A DNA stretch of 64,000 nt from Babesia bigemina (taxonomy: Eukaryota). The notes beneath the pieces were generated by a model, which did not search any database, was not told the DNA's origin, and saw only the letters and a program-made list of their open reading frames with translations. The DNA is taken from assembly GCF_000981445.1 (NCBI RefSeq), contig NC_027217.1, forward strand, positions 62,001 to 126,000, written 5' to 3'. Positions within the stretch are counted from its first letter, which is position 1, and each line of letters opens with the position of its first letter. Shown piece by piece: positions 10,801 through 21,095 of this stretch. Made by a program: the position numbers and the translations under genes.

Positions 10801-12696
10801 AACCAGCTGTTACCGATTCCCAATGGCGGTTTTGACACTGCGATGCCTCCGCATCCAACAATCCATTTAGAAATCGAAAAACCGCATGATTCCAGAATTA
10901 TATACGGAATTAAAGAATTCGATAATTCTCAGACACCAACAAATTCAATAGAACCTGCCTTGCCGGATGATACAATTCCCAACATGGATCCTGAGTCAGA
11001 TACCGATTATTCCAACAATATAGGTGTTTTTAAAAATTACGGATTTACTGTGGATCCCAATCCCAACATGTGCAATAATCCATGGAATTACGCTGATGAT
11101 TCTGCCACCTCACCAACTCTCCCCCCTCCCCCAGACTCCGACCATCTACCGCCTCCCACCAACGTCAAGGCCATGCTCTTCTGGCTGGTCGGCTTCAATA
11201 CGTACGGACTTACTGCAAAAACAGAGAGACACATGGAAGGTATACTTAAGGAAATCAACAGTGATACATTGTACCCTAAGTATGCCCTTGCGATCACCGG
11301 TGACCTTCCCACTCTGCCCGCATCCAATATCGCCGACACCCTCACCGAGGCTTGTCTCTACTCAGCACACGTTCTGAACGGAATAATGCGTATGAAATCC
11401 AACGACGTATTGTCTCCCATCGACTTTAAATCAGTGTATAGTCAGCTTCGCTATTCCACCGACCCCGCCGGTCTCCTCTGCCAGCTGCGTGACTACGTCT
11501 ACGCCTGCCACCACCAGTTGGCGTTCCTGAAAGCGCAGTGTAAGCAAGGAAAGTCTCATGGTGGTTGGCAGGATTGTAACTATGGCAGTGACGTCAGTCC
11601 TACGAAGTCCCCCCTCCAGTCCTTCCTGACTGACGACTGGGACTCCACCTTCAAGACTCACCTCTTCGACCCGAGCAACCTGTGCCACAAGAGCAGGATC
11701 AGGATGGGATTTAAGGCGAAGGATTTGCCAGAGAAGTTACAACTGGGCAGTGTCATTTCATCCATCCTCACTCCCAGCTGCGGCGGTGAGGACCCCCTGC
11801 TGACATTGTCCTCCTACCTCAACTGCCTCACCAGGCGGACGCCGAGAACGACAGGAGAGCTTGTGTCGTACTTCCACAATTTCGGTATGGAGTTGTACGA
11901 TTTCGCTTTGGATTCATTATCTCAACTGGATTCATCTCTTACCAAGTCACATCCCGACTGCCCCGACTGGGACCATCTTGGTGACTCCGACCTCCAAGCA
12001 GTTCGGGGCATCTGTGGTTCTGAGTCTCTCATATCCAAACACAACTCCAGCCACGACAAGGACCATCCCAATACCCTGTCCACACTTGTTGGCTGCGGCA
12101 GTGACGCTGACAGCTGCCATCCACACTGCTCGCCCATCACCTACCGGGCGTACGCCCTGTACTCCCAGAGCTTCGCCCACACCTACCTCAGCTGGACGGT
12201 GTACCTGCCGGACAGACTGCATGAGTCACTTCAAAAGCTGTACTACGATCTCCTGAAGCATAAATGTTCTAGTGACAAATTTTTCCACTCATGTTCCACT
12301 GCGCTGCCCCTCCTCTACTTACACGGGTTCACGCCGCCGGAGGTGGGATCGCAGGTGTCGCTCAAGTGCTCAGATGTCATCGCCAAGCTGAAGGAGATTG
12401 TCAACGGCAAGCCTATCGCATCACTCATGACCGCCATGGACAATTTCCTCTACACAGTCCGGGAGCCATTCATCTTCACCCTCGTGGCACTCTGGTCTCT
12501 TGCATTCCTCCTCTTCACCAACACGATGTTGTACCGCCTGGACGTGCTGCGCATACGATCACACCTTATCCGCACCAAGGCTTCACACCGCATCGACGTC
12601 AAGGCCTTACTCACGAAAGGCCGGAAGATGCTCTCACTTTACAAAGACGTCGACTACTTCGACGAAGACACACTTAGTCAATTTGTAGTTCAATAA
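7834..12696 (+). CDS. VESA-related variant surface protein ('ribosome-binding protein 1, putative' family of Babesia), 1620 aa, C-terminal TM
   Basis: N-terminus LRTLKDCLQFFEWL. Low-complexity G/Q/P/S middle. Conserved Cys-rich C-terminal domain (PPTNVKAMLFWL, CHHQLAFLKAQC..GGWQDCNYG, TPRTTGELVSYFHNFG, YLSWTVYLPDRL), TM FIFTLVALWSLAFLLFTNTMLY, and tail RLDVLRIRSHL...HRIDVKALL typical of VESA-like proteins. Confidence 0.85.
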   Translation: MGVERMENIRLRTLKDCLQFFEWLKRDEGMKSSVASELASRYGNYYNHVSLTGTLPVPFSEFLTNVSKFYHKLAKSPTAGKYTGKSSQEITSALFECMPKFLAALYYLLYNVDYKYAAVGGSYWEDLYPGWDAERRGWWGNYPESGGALQQYLRLSISFQLELIPGGFSYGELTYGYDFSAKFAYPRGKNMVGDLERILNKTTHNYFRDVFATSVLVDAGANKVNTANSLALVNLFCEIVAAAEKRNQGGEELKQTLNDHFKPKCINWTELSSHCSMIKMECKKIFRNDGFSYTGQSPVLEALNTREFGKRTAKWLAENLENVRQNVIKINKSFPVDDTTKKPKLAEFVTNHVFPYGFIFGDTSYGTLGKAYKTLTHHWRTVLEMLGKDDDGLDKLRKLLEGEGCEAAKTSRPVAAAKPAPAKPAPEPQPSDGQDAGRQQNNVLHVILSGNGGGGGSSGGTGAGVNLQRTNNHAQSTQQTGPTGVRGPIGPPRPEVTSIPNPEAVNLAVTRAKSAVNGGGHDQGKKSEGAQNQGKKAEGGQGQAGGQIETNSPSSQVAQAAQTQTSSDSRAGSEPPGSPGPSGDQGRGAQAATSGAAQQNVHEAQPVSGDSSMASAGLSAGGAGGGGMEPTIPQTQPPSERNPCSKDRSRMMFGGRTICVPKSETTTSTFHPFHKAISKAWDASKAHYFPPSSPTYSNAQDIQGLRTQDINTPLVHTHQPIANLPSGRQITPQGARWSGKGNNPATHPDYDISRGSYSFYSPDGYAISDLSDATLGGVTMPDTSFEEEEKDRQKRLQAHDERQLFKEKANRQAYVNMQANDLIKSIEEVKKSKDKLMQETINQLLLAEQQKLITTGFDGQPVVDVGYVDGEEIKDDSPHKHEHESKLQFEAYDQATNIQRDRQKQWEQYYQEQNEKINNSEEKHQQEVKRTLDAIKYFKEVEYRRQREAAEAVTGVPLFSKTASNLLESPNYSTISTLPMVTGARIPKSNQLLPIPNGGFDTAMPPHPTIHLEIEKPHDSRIIYGIKEFDNSQTPTNSIEPALPDDTIPNMDPESDTDYSNNIGVFKNYGFTVDPNPNMCNNPWNYADDSATSPTLPPPPDSDHLPPPTNVKAMLFWLVGFNTYGLTAKTERHMEGILKEINSDTLYPKYALAITGDLPTLPASNIADTLTEACLYSAHVLNGIMRMKSNDVLSPIDFKSVYSQLRYSTDPAGLLCQLRDYVYACHHQLAFLKAQCKQGKSHGGWQDCNYGSDVSPTKSPLQSFLTDDWDSTFKTHLFDPSNLCHKSRIRMGFKAKDLPEKLQLGSVISSILTPSCGGEDPLLTLSSYLNCLTRRTPRTTGELVSYFHNFGMELYDFALDSLSQLDSSLTKSHPDCPDWDHLGDSDLQAVRGICGSESLISKHNSSHDKDHPNTLSTLVGCGSDADSCHPHCSPITYRAYALYSQSFAHTYLSWTVYLPDRLHESLQKLYYDLLKHKCSSDKFFHSCSTALPLLYLHGFTPPEVGSQVSLKCSDVIAKLKEIVNGKPIASLMTAMDNFLYTVREPFIFTLVALWSLAFLLFTNTMLYRLDVLRIRSHLIRTKASHRIDVKALLTKGRKMLSLYKDVDYFDEDTLSQFVVQ
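9397..9456 (+). repeat. Two 30-nt tandem units encoding DQGKKSEGAQ-NQGKKAEGGQ (RRBP1/p180-type decapeptide)
   Basis: gatcagggcaagaaatctgagggagcacag aaccagggcaagaaagcggagggagggcaa, read directly. Confidence 0.85.
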
Positions 12697-15286
12697 TAAT
12701 TGCGTTCACATATTCATGTTGTTAGGCATTATGCAGTGTAATGTATATGCTCTTACTGGTGTACTGCGCTGCGCCTCCGTTTGACTGCGTCCACTTTGTA
12801 GGTCTGTTCATAGCTTAGGTGTAGCACACGTTGCTGGTGCATCGTTACGGTAAAGAACGCCGCGGTAGCAAATGCGCCATGCATGGTTTGTGCGGCAGAT
12901 AATTGCCAGGGATACTGTATTACCGTAGGCAGTACAACGGATGGTTGTAAGGTCATTCGGAAGACACTTAGACGTGATTACTGGGGCCACCGGTCCCTTT
13001 CACGTTGATTACAATGATGAGTATACACAGCACTACATCAACGTTGGCTTGTAGTTTCCTGGAGCCGCGTTTCTTACAACCAAACATCCACCTCATACGC
13101 AATACGTGCCCATTATGTTTGAAATCCGCAACACGCCCAAACTATGGGATTTGTACACTTTGGCAGGGAATATGTCTGCCTCAAACGCCTATGCGCGTTT
13201 CACTCCTGAGGTCACGGGGTTGCCAACATAATACACGTGGCACGTCGTTGAGATACACGTCGAAAACACGGACCCGTCCATGCGAGGCTACATAGTTACA
13301 TACTGATCAGATGAGCTGTTCATGCCTGCGACACATAAAATCAAACTCAACGATGCTGGCTGGTAGCATCGTTGTGGATTGAAATTTCTTATTCGTGTTA
13401 CCCATTTCCGCAGTTTAATCGAGTGTTGCCATCGCTGTTTATAGGATGCATAAGAGGTGACAATGTTGTTATGTAGTGTTCTACGTGACAAATATTCATG
13501 ATACATCCGGAGAAACTCGTATTGCCAAAGTTGATAATATGCGACATCTCCAATTGCAGATATGATCACAACCCCAAACTCCGGTAATGCCCTTCACATG
13601 CAACAATAGATAACATATAACGCCTTTTATACCACCTCGATGTCTCCACTAATGGTGGAAACTAAATATCTTATAAGTGGCTAGTCACCCCAAATAGGCT
13701 CTGCGAAAACATATCTTTACGACATTGTTTGCTCATCATTTACCCGCAATCCGCTAATACACATGCTATATAATGTTACAGCGGATGCATCTGAATTGCG
13801 ATGACAGGATTAAATGCTATCACAAGATTTGACCACATAGCTTAGAGCTTCATGGGCTGGGTTGAGAAAAGTAAGCGTGCGTCTCATGTCTTGATCTTTA
13901 GCTTGGGCAGCGAAGACATGCTATTTTGAGAACATGTCAGAACTGAAGAAAACACGTTGTGCAGGACACAACTCAATAGTTTGCCCAATGTACAGGAATG
14001 CGATTTGAAAGTTAATGTCAAAATTTGTGGTTCGGTGTTAACATCGCATTTAAATGTAACGTTTATGTAAAAGAGACTGAATATAATAAGTGAGACGATA
14101 TAGGTAGTGCACTTAAGTGACAAGTGTAATTGGCTAGATGACCCAATGCATTTACTGGGTGAGTAACGTGTAACGCACTCCGCCATACAGGAGAATTCAT
14201 ACTACGTTGAATATTTGTTCTGACAATGGGAAACATTTTCATCAATTAATGCGCAGGTTGACATTCTCCAAGACTTTTTAAGCCAAAGCACTTAGGCATG
14301 ATCGCAATTCACAACATTGATGTGCCTTGCTCGTGCCATTGGGTGGACGTGTCCATCATTTTGCAACATAGATTCACCACATGAGGTGGTATTGTTTGCT
14401 GGTGGGGAAATGATGAAATGTGGAACAATGTTCTTCACCCCTGCCGTGAATGGCCAATAACGCATTGCCATTACACCCTCACTAGTGGTATGCCTGAGTT
14501 AACTACGACACATAGTCACTCCGCGTTGTGTTATTGATGCAGAACTGAATCCATGAATCCAAATCCCCAAATTAAGAACAAACTATTCATTGCTGTTCAT
14601 CGCTGTTAAAGGAGCTGTTGAAGATGTGATCCAAAACTGTTCACAAGAGCATGTGGATTGTGCAAGGAAGCACGATGGGTAGCTTGGAATTACCAAGTGG
14701 TCATACTTATTGCCGTCTTCGTTCTGCTGCTCGTCATCAGATTTCTATTAGACCGGTATCAGATCTCCAGACTCAAGAAACTCCGTGATTACGGGACAGA
14801 CCAGATGCCATCGTCAACCTGTTACGTCGCCCTTGACGAGTAGAATGTATCGTTGTCTTTCATAAATACCAGATGCAGGTGATACAAAAGTGATATAGCA
14901 GGTTACCCGAAGCACGAATGTCGTACCGGCACTTTACAGTTTCTAAAAAACACTCAGCATGCTCTTTATTCGCTCTACTAACTTATTCGACTGCATTTAT
15001 ACAAACATCAAACAAATTAACATAGTGTAGTAACACTAAAACATTAAGACAAGATTGGTCAAAGAATGCCAACTGATATAATCCGTACTGCAAATGTTTA
15101 CCCGCTCAGAAGGCGCACCAAAAGGTGCTGCCCCCTGTCAACAACTATACGTCTGCTGACTTCGCAACGCATTCAAAAAATAAACCTTTTCGTCATTCCG
15201 ATATTGTTTCCCCAGCGACCTCGTCTGCGGGATGTCGGGAATAGATGGTGCCAGCTGGCGATTTTGGCCAGAAGACGCGCCTTTAT

Positions 15287-15856
15287 TTATTCTAAATTCT
15301 TTGGAGGAGAAAACTCCATGACACCGTACACGTTCACGCCGGGGAACTCCTTTTGAATGGTTTCCCTGCCGTTAAGAAATGGGAGATCTACGATGACGTC
15401 GCATTCCAGAATCTTGGCTCCGCCCATCTGCAAAAGCCTGCATGCAGCCGCCAGGGTACCTCCGTTGTATATTAGGTCATCAACCAGGATGACCTTTGCG
15501 CCCTCTGGAAAAGCGTCCTTCTGAAGGTGCAAATCCGTTTCGTCGTATACCTTCTTCGAGTGCGTGGTGTACACTGGCCCCGGCAGCTTGCCTGGTTTGC
15601 GGATGACCACCAGCCCGCATCCAAGCTCGTAAGCTAGAGGCGCTCCAAAGGGCACACCGAGAAGCTCCATGGCTGCTATGTAGTCGACACCTTCTGGGTG
15701 CCTCTCCCTGATGCCGGCAGCCATGGACTTTACGGTCTCACGTAACTTGCGGGCGTCACCCATAACGGGCATCATGTCGATGAACCGTATCCCGGGCTTG
15801 AAGTCATAGTAGCACTTGAAGTCCTCTTCGACGAGTTTGAAGGTGTTCGACGCCAT
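15287..15856 (-). CDS. APRT: Adenine phosphoribosyltransferase-like (type I PRTase), intronless, divergent active-site motifs
   Basis: DFKPGIRFIDM, GAPLAYELG, VIRKPGKLPG, LQKDAFPEGAKVILVDDLIYNGGT (PRPP loop) and IVDLPFLNGR follow the APRT layout; 189 aa. Confidence 0.85.
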   Translation of the reverse strand: MASNTFKLVEEDFKCYYDFKPGIRFIDMMPVMGDARKLRETVKSMAAGIRERHPEGVDYIAAMELLGVPFGAPLAYELGCGLVVIRKPGKLPGPVYTTHSKKVYDETDLHLQKDAFPEGAKVILVDDLIYNGGTLAAACRLLQMGGAKILECDVIVDLPFLNGRETIQKEFPGVNVYGVMEFSPPKNLE

Positions 15857-17043
15857 TGCCGTAAACCTATACGAAGATAGCTAACAACTACAATGGATTT
15901 ACTAATGCATGAACGGTATGAACAACACCTCGCACACCACCAAATATTATACGCTGTAACATAGCATCATTTAAAGATAGAAGGATTACGAACCTGAGTG
16001 TTAATGTGTATAGAATGCTTCCTTCCACTAAATCCTAAGAGTTCAACGTACCTACAAATGCTGTTATCAGGCTGACGTATTCAATATAGCGATACTTATT
16101 AAAATTTAATGCTCAGTGACGTGGGAATGTGCTTTTTCAACTAATGTGTCCGTGCCGCTCCGCACGCGTGCTACTGTTGGTGTAGCAGATATACCTGGTA
16201 TATTACACAGTTGTATCCGGATGCCTGTTGTTAGTAGACATTTGCATATTTGGTATGTGGTTGCAATTAATTGCGGTCTGTTAAATCCGCTTTAGGCGTG
16301 TAAGACTCTTGTCTACACATAGCGGCTGCATGGGCGATAGACTATCGAAGTTTGGGCACTGCGTAGTTCGAACTCGCCGCCCTAGCACCACAGGCACACT
16401 TATATAAGCACGGGAAACCGATATTTTACACCTAATCCACTAGACACGATAGCCGACTCGAAAGAGGAATCGTTAAAATGCCAACGCACCGATATTGCTT
16501 TCACGGCGCTATGTTATCTGCATGGTACGAAAATACGATACACTCTTCTCGTCAAGGGCGAAGTAACAGGTTGACGGTGGCATCTGGTCGGTCCAGTAAT
16601 CACGGAATTACTTGAGTCTGGAGATCTGATTCCGGGCGAGGAGGTACATGATGGCGCACCTAGACCATAATAGAGCACTGATGTTGGGACTAAGCTATCG
16701 AACAAACCAGTAAACGGTCAGAATAGTAGAACCATGCGGGGTTTGTAATACAATTAGATGTAACAAATGGAAATGTTTGCATTTTCGTAACCTTAGACCT
16801 ACATAAGCAAACACCCCCCTTTTTACATAAGCATTACCATTAACCCAAGAGGTGTACTCGCATGTAGTATGCATGACCTCGCACAATTCACCAAACGTTC
16901 TATACCTTGTGAAACCACTCGACTACAAAGCACCATACACGAAATACTTGCCACTAGTTCAAAATTGAAAAACCTCAGCATTGTGATATAAGTAAAACCA
17001 CACCAGACAAGCATTTAAGTGGCGTGGTTCATCAATGGTTGTG

Positions 17044-18593
17044 TTAGGGGTATATCACATGGTACTGCTTGGAATCCCTGATCGGTTTTCTGCAGATAGG
17101 ACACTCCCGTCTTTTCCTGACCCCCTCCATACACTCAAAGCAATACATATGCCCACACTTGGTTGAATATATGATTCTGTCGTTTTCGTTTGGCATTTTC
17201 CCGGACTTGAATCTTGCGATGGTTGAGTAGCATATGGGACACCTGAAGAGGAATTCGATGTCTTCCAGTATCGAATTTGTGTCATTATTGGGTGTATCAT
17301 TCTCCACAAAGCTGTAGGCGCTAACTACGGCCTTTGTGTTTGCGTGGTATTGTCTTGGATACTGTGTTGCCGCAGGTGGCCCCCAGAATATCGGCCCAAC
17401 GATGAGGTCGTCATCTTGCGCGTTTTGGTTTTGCTGTGCAGCGTTTGTCTGTGGTCCTACCTGATTGTCTGATCCACGCGATAGAAGCGCATTACTGTTG
17501 TTGTGCGCCTGTGAATCGCGCCGATTCCCGTTGGCGTTATACGTCTGACGTGCGTGCGGCGGTGCCCCCCGTGCTTCAACCATCGGGTCTAACACGTCCA
17601 TGCCTCCCCCTCCACTTGTTTGGTTATTATGAGGCCTTGATGTATGAGCTTGGTTAGCGGGGTGTTGGTATGGACCTGCAGTGGTTGCACATATGCCATT
17701 GGGTCGCTGTCCTATCTGCGATCCTCGCATGGTGGGCACTACACGATGATTCATCACTACACCGTGTCGGTTTGGCACTACCCCTATTATTTCGCAATCG
17801 CTTTCGCTGCCCCCCTGATCAACAGTTGCAGTAACCTGTTGTGTGGCACTCGCATGCCCACCCACCTCGGTTCCCCCTGTGTTCCGACCATCTGCGATAT
17901 GTCTATTTGCGCTATTACTCGCATGATTCTCCCCACTCTGATCTCGATCCTGATGTATGTCTGACAACTGCCCGACTTGCCTGGTCAAGTCTTGGTCCGG
18001 CCAATTTGCCATGATTATGACGTCATCGTCGCTCGATACCTGCCGTGCTGAGGCATCGTTGTGGCGATTGACATCATTGCGATATGCAGCCCCTGGAGCG
18101 CCCGGCCCCGAAGCATGCTGGGTCTCATCACCAACTTGATTTCCCGGGGCACCTGGTTGCGCCACGTCGTATTCGTTGTCACCACCAGTCGGCTGTTGGC
18201 GATCAGAGTTGCCCTGATCGCCACTTCTAGCTACCGATGTAATTCCGTCAGTGAATAACTCATCTCCGTGATTAACTGGCAAGGTGCTTGAACCCCGCCG
18301 CTGACGGTCGTTGGAGGGGCCTCCCAACAGGTCGAGGTCCTCCCCCCTAATTGAGAACGTGGCCGTAACGGAGGGCTGCGATGGCGAGTTGTCGGCGCTG
18401 ATGTACGGTGCCAGGTACGTGTCTTCTGAGGATATGCGCCTAGCTATCCATCTCGGTCGCGGCCGCTTCACCGGGACGTTGTCCAAGTCGCCTACGGGTC
18501 CGTCGTCCCCTAGAATCTATGGACGGCACGTAACAAGTGGTTCACCTTACCTTGTTCCTCGTCGCCTCGGACGCTCGTTTTGTGCTTTACCAT
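17044..18593 (-). CDS. C3HC4 RING-finger protein with disordered N-terminus and SIM-like motifs (RNF4/Slx8-like)
   Basis: C-terminal CPIC...TKCGHMYCFECM...ECPICRK. Exon 1 is 18593-18551 (ATG GTA AAG CAC...); a 41-nt GT-AG intron at 18510-18550 joins it in frame to the 17044 ORF. Confidence 0.85.
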
Positions 18594-19589
18594 GTTATAG
18601 GTTAACCTCAAAGTTGCCTCGAGTTGTACATGTTTGCGACAGCGTGGGTGAGACCGTGCACATCCGTTAGTTGCACATTTTGCATAGACACCGCAACTCC
18701 TCAGTCACGTTTACGGCGGGCTTTTGTTATTCGCGTGTTGCAGGGTGTGTCGCTTCTGAAGGCACCACATGTGTTGCAACACTGAGTCTGAATAATGTCG
18801 AGTACGCTACATATACGCAGTCTAACGCGATATTATGATACCATAGAGGCTTGTCTGAAATTCAGATTGCACGTTTAAGATTTGTGTAAAGGTTTTAGTA
18901 GATTACGCTACTACCGTACACCTGTCTCGAAGCGCCCTGTCTATGGCAATTTCCCGTCGTTCGACAACACACATTCAATGCGAAACTACTGTGTCGCTGC
19001 CCGATCGATCACTGCCGAGATTATTTGCGTGATCCATCCACGTATACATGTCGCGTCTCTACACATCGCGCGCTTCAGATCGGAAGTCCTACAGCCAGCC
19101 ACACTAAAGTAATGAGAAAATATAATAAGCGAATTCACACATAATCAATCCATATTTCTACACCAGCTACCGTATACTTGGTGCCGGAGGGCTGCTGAGC
19201 ATAACAGTGCTTTCGCCTTCGACACTTGCCATACGTTATGTGATCTACCAGTCTCACCGCACGATATGTTCATCATCACTGAATTGTCTGTCGATAATGT
19301 CACCGCGTTACCGTTTGATATACATGTTTTCTCGTCAGGGCGCGCAAGAATTGGAGAAGTGGCTCACTGACTCTCTGTTGGTGAGTTAATAACGGCTACA
19401 GAAGCCTCATCAGGTTGCAGAGGAGCGTTACGTTTCGCCGCGCGTCGTTGTTCATCCACAACACGTTGCAACGTTTGCGCAAATAGGCGTCGACTTGTCG
19501 AACATGAACTTCTAGACAGATCTTCTGCGCTCTGGACGTTTTTGCTTGATTCAGCAGCTACAGACCTGCCACCGAATGATTGCTCGTCG

Positions 19590-21014
19590 ATGTCGTTTGT
19601 CGTAGGATCACGAGTTTGTTCGTTATGGCGTTGCGTTGGTTCTTCGCGTGCTGTCCGGCTTCCAGCAGGCGTATCTAGTAGCACGGTTTGGTTACATGTA
19701 AGACGCCTGTCCACCACAAAAGGTGAATTGCCGATTGAGAGCGCGCCTGTGGATTCTACCGCAAGTACCCGGGAACTGGATCGAAAGCCCGCTGGCGGCG
19801 AATCCGAGCTGACACTGCCGCGTGATGGCACTCCTCTGCGCTGCACGGAGGATCAGTGGCTCTATAAGCCCACTTCCTCCGAGGTGGACCTGTTCCGTAA
19901 CTCCACATTGTTGCCCCCGAGACCCATTGATGTGGAGGGAAGTGTGATAGTTCGCCTGGTTGACCTTCATTCGGGCGTGACGTCGCCCGTGGGCCAGTCT
20001 GTGTTATACAGCGAATACGGCATTAGGCGCGGCGAGCTGCTGCGGTTCATGTTGTTTGGGTCATTTTTAATATCCGTGTTTTGTTCTCTCGGCTATTGGC
20101 AGCTGCGGCGCCGTGCGTGGAAGGTTGATATCCTAAACCGCCGCCGTGAGGCCCTATCGCAACCTTTGGTTAAGGTGGAGTCATTTGCACAGTTAGAGAA
20201 GGCTCTGGGTGCATCTGACGACCCTAATTCGCTAATCGAGTACCGGTGCGTGGAATGCACAGGCGTTTTGGACACCAGCTGCTCTATGCTGGTTGGCCCC
20301 CGCCCATCTTTATACGAGTCTTATGGAGCTTCTTCTGGTTACTGTGTGGTGCAACCGCTGCGATTCCGTGACGGTTCTTGCGTGCTGGTGAACCTCGGTT
20401 GGATGGACAGCGAAAGTGCGCTGAGTGGTGCGGGCTGCCCCGAGTTGGTAACACTACGAGGCATTTTGGTGGGTGGGGAGATAAACGATTCACTAGTGGC
20501 ATCGGCGAAGCAGCGTATCATTGACACCTACCAATGCGTGCTATCAAGACTCTTCGGCTGGTCATTTCCTCCTGCTTCGTCGTCTGTGAATCGTCCCCGC
20601 CGTTTGTCTCGGGACGACTCCCGTAACGTGTACCGTTACCTGGACCCGTCCAACATGTCCAGCGATGTTTATTCGTCATCGCTAGATACTACCAGTCGTT
20701 ACGCTTTGAATGCTTACGACGTGCTGTATCACGACGATGTCACGGAGCTCCCTGTCGACGGCAGCACACCAGGACACGAAACTGCTGCAACAGAGGAGTC
20801 TGCATATGTCCCCAAGACCCGCATCGGCCGTGATTTGCGCTCTACACGCCCCGTCTACCAGCGCCGGCAGAAGTCCGACTACCTGCTGTTTTACGCGGAC
20901 CCAGACACGCACACCAACTACGCGTATCAGTGGTTTCTTATGGCCGGCTCGATCGCCGGAATGTGTGGGTACAAGGTACTTCGCGTGCGTCGAACGCTCC
21001 GCGGTGTAACGTAG
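19590..21014 (+). CDS. SURF1: SURF1/Shy1 cytochrome c oxidase assembly protein
   Basis: TM followed by LGYWQLRRRAWKVDIL; EYRCVECTG; VGPRP; GYCVVQPL; VLVNLGW; HTNYAYQWF plus second TM. First ATG at 19590 with an Arg/Ser-rich mitochondrial-type leader. Confidence 0.92.
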   Translation: MSFVVGSRVCSLWRCVGSSRAVRLPAGVSSSTVWLHVRRLSTTKGELPIESAPVDSTASTRELDRKPAGGESELTLPRDGTPLRCTEDQWLYKPTSSEVDLFRNSTLLPPRPIDVEGSVIVRLVDLHSGVTSPVGQSVLYSEYGIRRGELLRFMLFGSFLISVFCSLGYWQLRRRAWKVDILNRRREALSQPLVKVESFAQLEKALGASDDPNSLIEYRCVECTGVLDTSCSMLVGPRPSLYESYGASSGYCVVQPLRFRDGSCVLVNLGWMDSESALSGAGCPELVTLRGILVGGEINDSLVASAKQRIIDTYQCVLSRLFGWSFPPASSSVNRPRRLSRDDSRNVYRYLDPSNMSSDVYSSSLDTTSRYALNAYDVLYHDDVTELPVDGSTPGHETAATEESAYVPKTRIGRDLRSTRPVYQRRQKSDYLLFYADPDTHTNYAYQWFLMAGSIAGMCGYKVLRVRRTLRGVT

Positions 21015-21095
21015 GTCTATATTAATTTAATGTGCATGACTTTACGTTTCGCCGATGGCTGTTGACACGTGGCGGGGCGTAGGCGTTCGTTCGAA

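Noticed and set aside
15900..17040. Short ORFs between APRT and the RING gene
   Set aside because: No coding bias or consistent splice model; likely UTR or promoter.
19364..19846. 160-aa minus-strand ORF overlapping the SURF1 5' end
   Set aside because: Mostly antisense to SURF1, GC-rich, no motif.
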